DNA from: an uncultured delta proteobacterium | GTDB lineage: Bacteria > Myxococcota_A > Polyangia > Polyangiales > JAFGIB01 | Assembly (NCBI GenBank): GCA_963778655.1 | Contig: CAVZVA010000011.1 | Coordinates: forward strand, 192,001-256,000 | DNA: 64,000 nt | Direction: 5' to 3' | Shown here: positions 61,371 through 64,000 of the stretch, piece by piece | Layout: every line of letters begins with the position of its first letter | Numbering within the stretch: the first letter of the stretch is position 1 | Program-made: the position numbers and the translations under genes | Notes under the pieces: model-generated | Told to the model about the DNA's origin: nothing | What the model saw: only the letters and a program-made list of their open reading frames with translations | Databases searched by the model: none

Positions 61371-62301
61371 GCCGCTGCCTGAACCAGGCGACTGTCTCGG
61401 CCAGACCCCGGGCCAGCAGCGTGGGCGGGTGCGTGGTGTGCAACGCGCCGCCATCGAGCACGGAGCGCTCGACGTCGCCCGGCCGGCGCGGTGCGTAGCT
61501 GAGCGCGGGCTCCACCCCGACCGCCGTGCCGAGCTCGCGCGCCAGTGCGAGCGTGCTCGTGGCCTCGCCCGTGCAGACGTTGACGACCGGCTCGACGAAC
61601 ACCCCGTCCACCGCCATGCGGTTGCAGGCGACCACGTCGCCGACGAAGACGTAGTCGCGCACGCAACCCGTATCGCCCAGCTCGCGCCGGGCGTTGATCT
61701 GCAGCGCCGCGCCGCTCAGCAAGCGCTCGCAGAAGATCGCCACCACGCCGGCCTCGCCGTGCGGATCCTGGCGCGGCCCGTACACGTTGGCGTAGCGCAG
61801 CACGGTGAAGTGCAGGCCGTGCTCGTGCGCGTACGCGCGCAAGTAGCACTCAACCGCGAACTTGGAGCAGGCGTAGGGGCTGAGTGGCCGCGGCGGCCAC
61901 TCGACGCTGGCGCGCTCGCCCTCCGGAACCTCGCCGTACACGGCGCCGCCGGTGCTGGCATAGACGATGCGACCGACGCCACAGCGGACGCTCTGCTGCA
62001 GCAGCTCCACGCTGCCGATGACGTTGATCTGGGCGTCGCGCACGGGCTCGCGCGTGCTGACCGCCACGCTGGTCTGCGCGGCCTGATGGCACACCACATC
62101 GGGGCCGACCTGGTCGAACACGCGGCGCAAGAAGCCGTCGTCGCGGATGTCACCCTGATGGAAAGCCGCGGCGGCCGGCACGTTCTGGCGGCTACCGGTG
62201 CTGAGGTCGTCGACCACGGCCACGACGTGGCCGTCGTGCAGCAGCGCTTCGGCGACGTGGCTGCCGATGAAGCCGGCGCCCCCTGTGACGAGCACTTTCA
62301 T
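61345..62301 (-). CDS. NAD-dependent epimerase/dehydratase (UDP-glucose 4-epimerase-like)
   Basis: VTGGAGFIGSH, STGGAVYG, YACSK, RYANVYGPRQ. Confidence 0.93.
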   Translation of the reverse strand: MKVLVTGGAGFIGSHVAEALLHDGHVVAVVDDLSTGSRQNVPAAAAFHQGDIRDDGFLRRVFDQVGPDVVCHQAAQTSVAVSTREPVRDAQINVIGSVELLQQSVRCGVGRIVYASTGGAVYGEVPEGERASVEWPPRPLSPYACSKFAVECYLRAYAHEHGLHFTVLRYANVYGPRQDPHGEAGVVAIFCERLLSGAALQINARRELGDTGCVRDYVFVGDVVACNRMAVDGVFVEPVVNVCTGEATSTLALARELGTAVGVEPALSYAPRRPGDVERSVLDGGALHTTHPPTLLARGLAETVAWFRQRLSNPPRTG

Positions 62302-62429
62302 GCCGGCGAGCATAACCGGGGGTGCGTCTGAATTTCCACGAGCAAATCGCCGGCCACGCGCGGCTCGGCGCGCGCAGCCAGCGGCGGCTCGCTCACTGCC
62401 AGTTGCCGTTCTTGCGCTGGATGTCGACC

Positions 62430-62750
62430 CATGTCGACCCAGGGCTCCGCGCACAGGATGCAGCTGTCTCCGTAGAAGTACTTCTTGGCGCCCTGGTCGC
62501 CGTGGATCCACAGCCGCAGCCAGGCGATCGCGGGCGCGCGCTCGTCGCCCGCATCGCCTACGGGGTAGAGGTGTCCTCCGAAATCCGCGTTCGATGCCGT
62601 CCCACCGGTGGGCGAGTCGTAGCCATGACGTGGAGCGTGGCCATGATCGCCGGCACCTTGGTCGAGCGGTCGTAGCAGGGCTTGACGTAGTTGTCCTTGG
62701 TCACGAAGCCGTCGGCGGTCGAGGTCAAGAGCAGCAGCGGACCCAGGACG
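62430..62750 (-). pseudogene. Alpha/beta-hydrolase (cutinase/lipase-like) C-terminal fragment, frameshifted
   Basis: GPLLLLTSTADGFV...VPAIMAT, then in another frame GHLYPVG...AWLRLWIHGDQGAKKYFYGDSCILC. Confidence 0.55.
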
Positions 62751-62828
62751 CGAGCGCGCCTGCGCAGCCCGATCGCAGGGCATGTCGCTTAAACTTCAGC
62801 CGGTGCCCGAAGAGCACCGGCCGAAGCA

Positions 62829-63022
62829 ATCCGTACCGTCGTGAGCGTATATCTGGCAGCAAGAATCTTCCGTTGTTAGGTGGGAGCTGGTGTCCGCCGC
62901 TTTAGGCTTCCCGATGACGATCGTCGGGCCGGCTCACCGCGATGGAGTTTGACTCCCTAGGTTCAACAGAAGTACGAAGATTCTTTGCCTCCCAGAGTGA
63001 CCTCGCATCTCGACAGAGGGAT
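62829..63022 (-). ncRNA. ssrS: 6S RNA
   Basis: ~190-nt rod: AAGAATCTTC pairs with GAAGATTCTT, CTGG with CCAG, and the ends pair. A central bubble and an apical GGTGAGC..CCCGA...TCGGGAAGCCTAAA segment resemble proteobacterial 6S RNA. Confidence 0.78.
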
Positions 63023-63030
63023 CGACTCTT

Positions 63031-63059
63031 AACCTAAGTGCGCGCTTCGGCGCGGTCAA
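63031..63059 (-). promoter_or_regulatory. Sigma70-type promoter for the 6S RNA
   Basis: TTGACC-17 bp-TAGGTT on the minus strand, ending 8 bp before the predicted RNA 5' end. Confidence 0.72.
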
Positions 63060-63103
63060 GGCCGCAGCTCGTCTCGTAACCTCACGGTTACATCGCGCGC
63101 GCA

Positions 63104-63661
63104 TCAACGGGATTTGCGGCCAAGCCAGGGCACGTCGGAGACCTTGGCACGGAAGTTGGCGTGCCGCGCCATGACGAAAAGTAGATCGCTCGCACGGTTG
63201 ACAAAGCGCAGCAGCTCGCTTCGCACGGGCTCGGCCGCCTGCAATGCGACCAGCTTACGTTCCGTCCGGCGGCAGACGGTGCGCGCCACGTGCAGCGCCG
63301 CGGCCTGCGCGCAGCCTCCCGGCAGGATGAAGCTCTGCAGCGGCGGCAGGTCCTCGCTCAGCTCGTCGATCGCGTGCTCGATCTCCTCGACGTCGCGATC
63401 GTCAAGCAGCGCGACCCCGAGCTCCACGTCCTTGCCGGGCACGCGCGCGAGCTCGGCGCCGAGCGTGAACAGCTGGTTCTGCAGCGACCGCAGCAGCTCG
63501 GCGGCGCGACGGTCTTCGCACTGCGCGAGCACCACGCCGAGCGCGCTGTTGAGCTCGTCGACGTCGCCGTAGACCTCCACCCGCACGCTGGCCTTGGACA
63601 CGCGCGCCCCGCCGAACAGGCCGGTTTGCCCCTGATCCCCGCTCTTGGTGTAGATCTTCAT
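63104..63661 (-). CDS. Cob(I)alamin adenosyltransferase, PduO type
   Basis: MKIYTKSGDQGQT, YGDVDELNS, ARTVCRRTER, NRASDLLF. Confidence 0.93.
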   Translation of the reverse strand: MKIYTKSGDQGQTGLFGGARVSKASVRVEVYGDVDELNSALGVVLAQCEDRRAAELLRSLQNQLFTLGAELARVPGKDVELGVALLDDRDVEEIEHAIDELSEDLPPLQSFILPGGCAQAAALHVARTVCRRTERKLVALQAAEPVRSELLRFVNRASDLLFVMARHANFRAKVSDVPWLGRKSR

Positions 63662-63671
63662 CCTGCACGGC

Positions 63672-64000
63672 TCATGTAGCGAAGCACGCGCCGCTCTGCA
63701 AGCGCGTGCCGGCGCAGAACTGCTCGGCGCTCATACGCCGCCGGCCCTCGGGCTGGAGCTCGTCGAGCACGAGCACCCCTTCTCCACACGCGACCTCGAT
63801 GCCGTGGCGGTCCGCGCGCACGATGCACCCGGGCTCGCCATGCCGCCCGCCGGCCACCAGCACGTGCGCGCGATGCACCTTCACGCGCACGCCGCCGAGG
63901 AAGCTGTACGCGCCGGGCCAGGGATGGGTGCCGCGCACCAGATCGTGCAACGCGCGCGCCGGACGCGACCAGTCGAGGCGACCGTGCTGCTTGGTGAGCG
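63672..64000 (-). CDS. fmt: Methionyl-tRNA formyltransferase, C-terminal part (5' end outside the window)
   Basis: GRLDWSRPA..LHDLVRGTHPWPGAY...VACGEG..ELQPEGRRRMSA. Confidence 0.9.
   Translation of the reverse strand, partial: LTKQHGRLDWSRPARALHDLVRGTHPWPGAYSFLGGVRVKVHRAHVLVAGGRHGEPGCIVRADRHGIEVACGEGVLVLDELQPEGRRRMSAEQFCAGTRLQSGACFAT

Overview
High-GC bacterial DNA, most likely a myxobacterium (Myxococcota), judged from the tgl-HTH-recO synteny, a MYXO-CTERM protein, an MXAN_5187-family protein and a CglB-like vWA lipoprotein. The window has four parts. (1) Core genes at 1-12 kb: cheA, recO, tgl, agmatinase, yitJ-like, N-formylglutamate amidohydrolase, Ser/Thr kinase and tRNA-Leu(CAA). (2) A ~22.7 kb decayed genomic island bounded by the tRNA-Leu and a duplicate of its 3' half at 34812-34870. 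It carries IS remnants, a split REP-associated tyrosine transposase (RAYT) with a family of GGGGACGGTCCTCGATAC repeats, beta-1,3-glucanases, glgP, a TreT-like enzyme and a citrate-synthase pair. (3) Secreted/lipoprotein genes followed by a compact four-gene class II lanthipeptide locus at 42.9-49.8 kb: an NHLP-leader precursor, a CCG-type LanM, an MBL-fold enzyme with CmlA-like diiron ligands and a possible RRE, and a divergent prolyl-tRNA synthetase paralog that keeps its catalytic core but has lost tRNA-recognition and editing motifs. This locus is the best candidate for an undescribed system. (4) cydAB, mqnD, a GT2-GtrA-GT-C fusion, a 6S RNA with its own sigma70-type promoter, pduO-type adenosyltransferase and fmt. 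All calls come from reading motifs by eye; no database searches were run.
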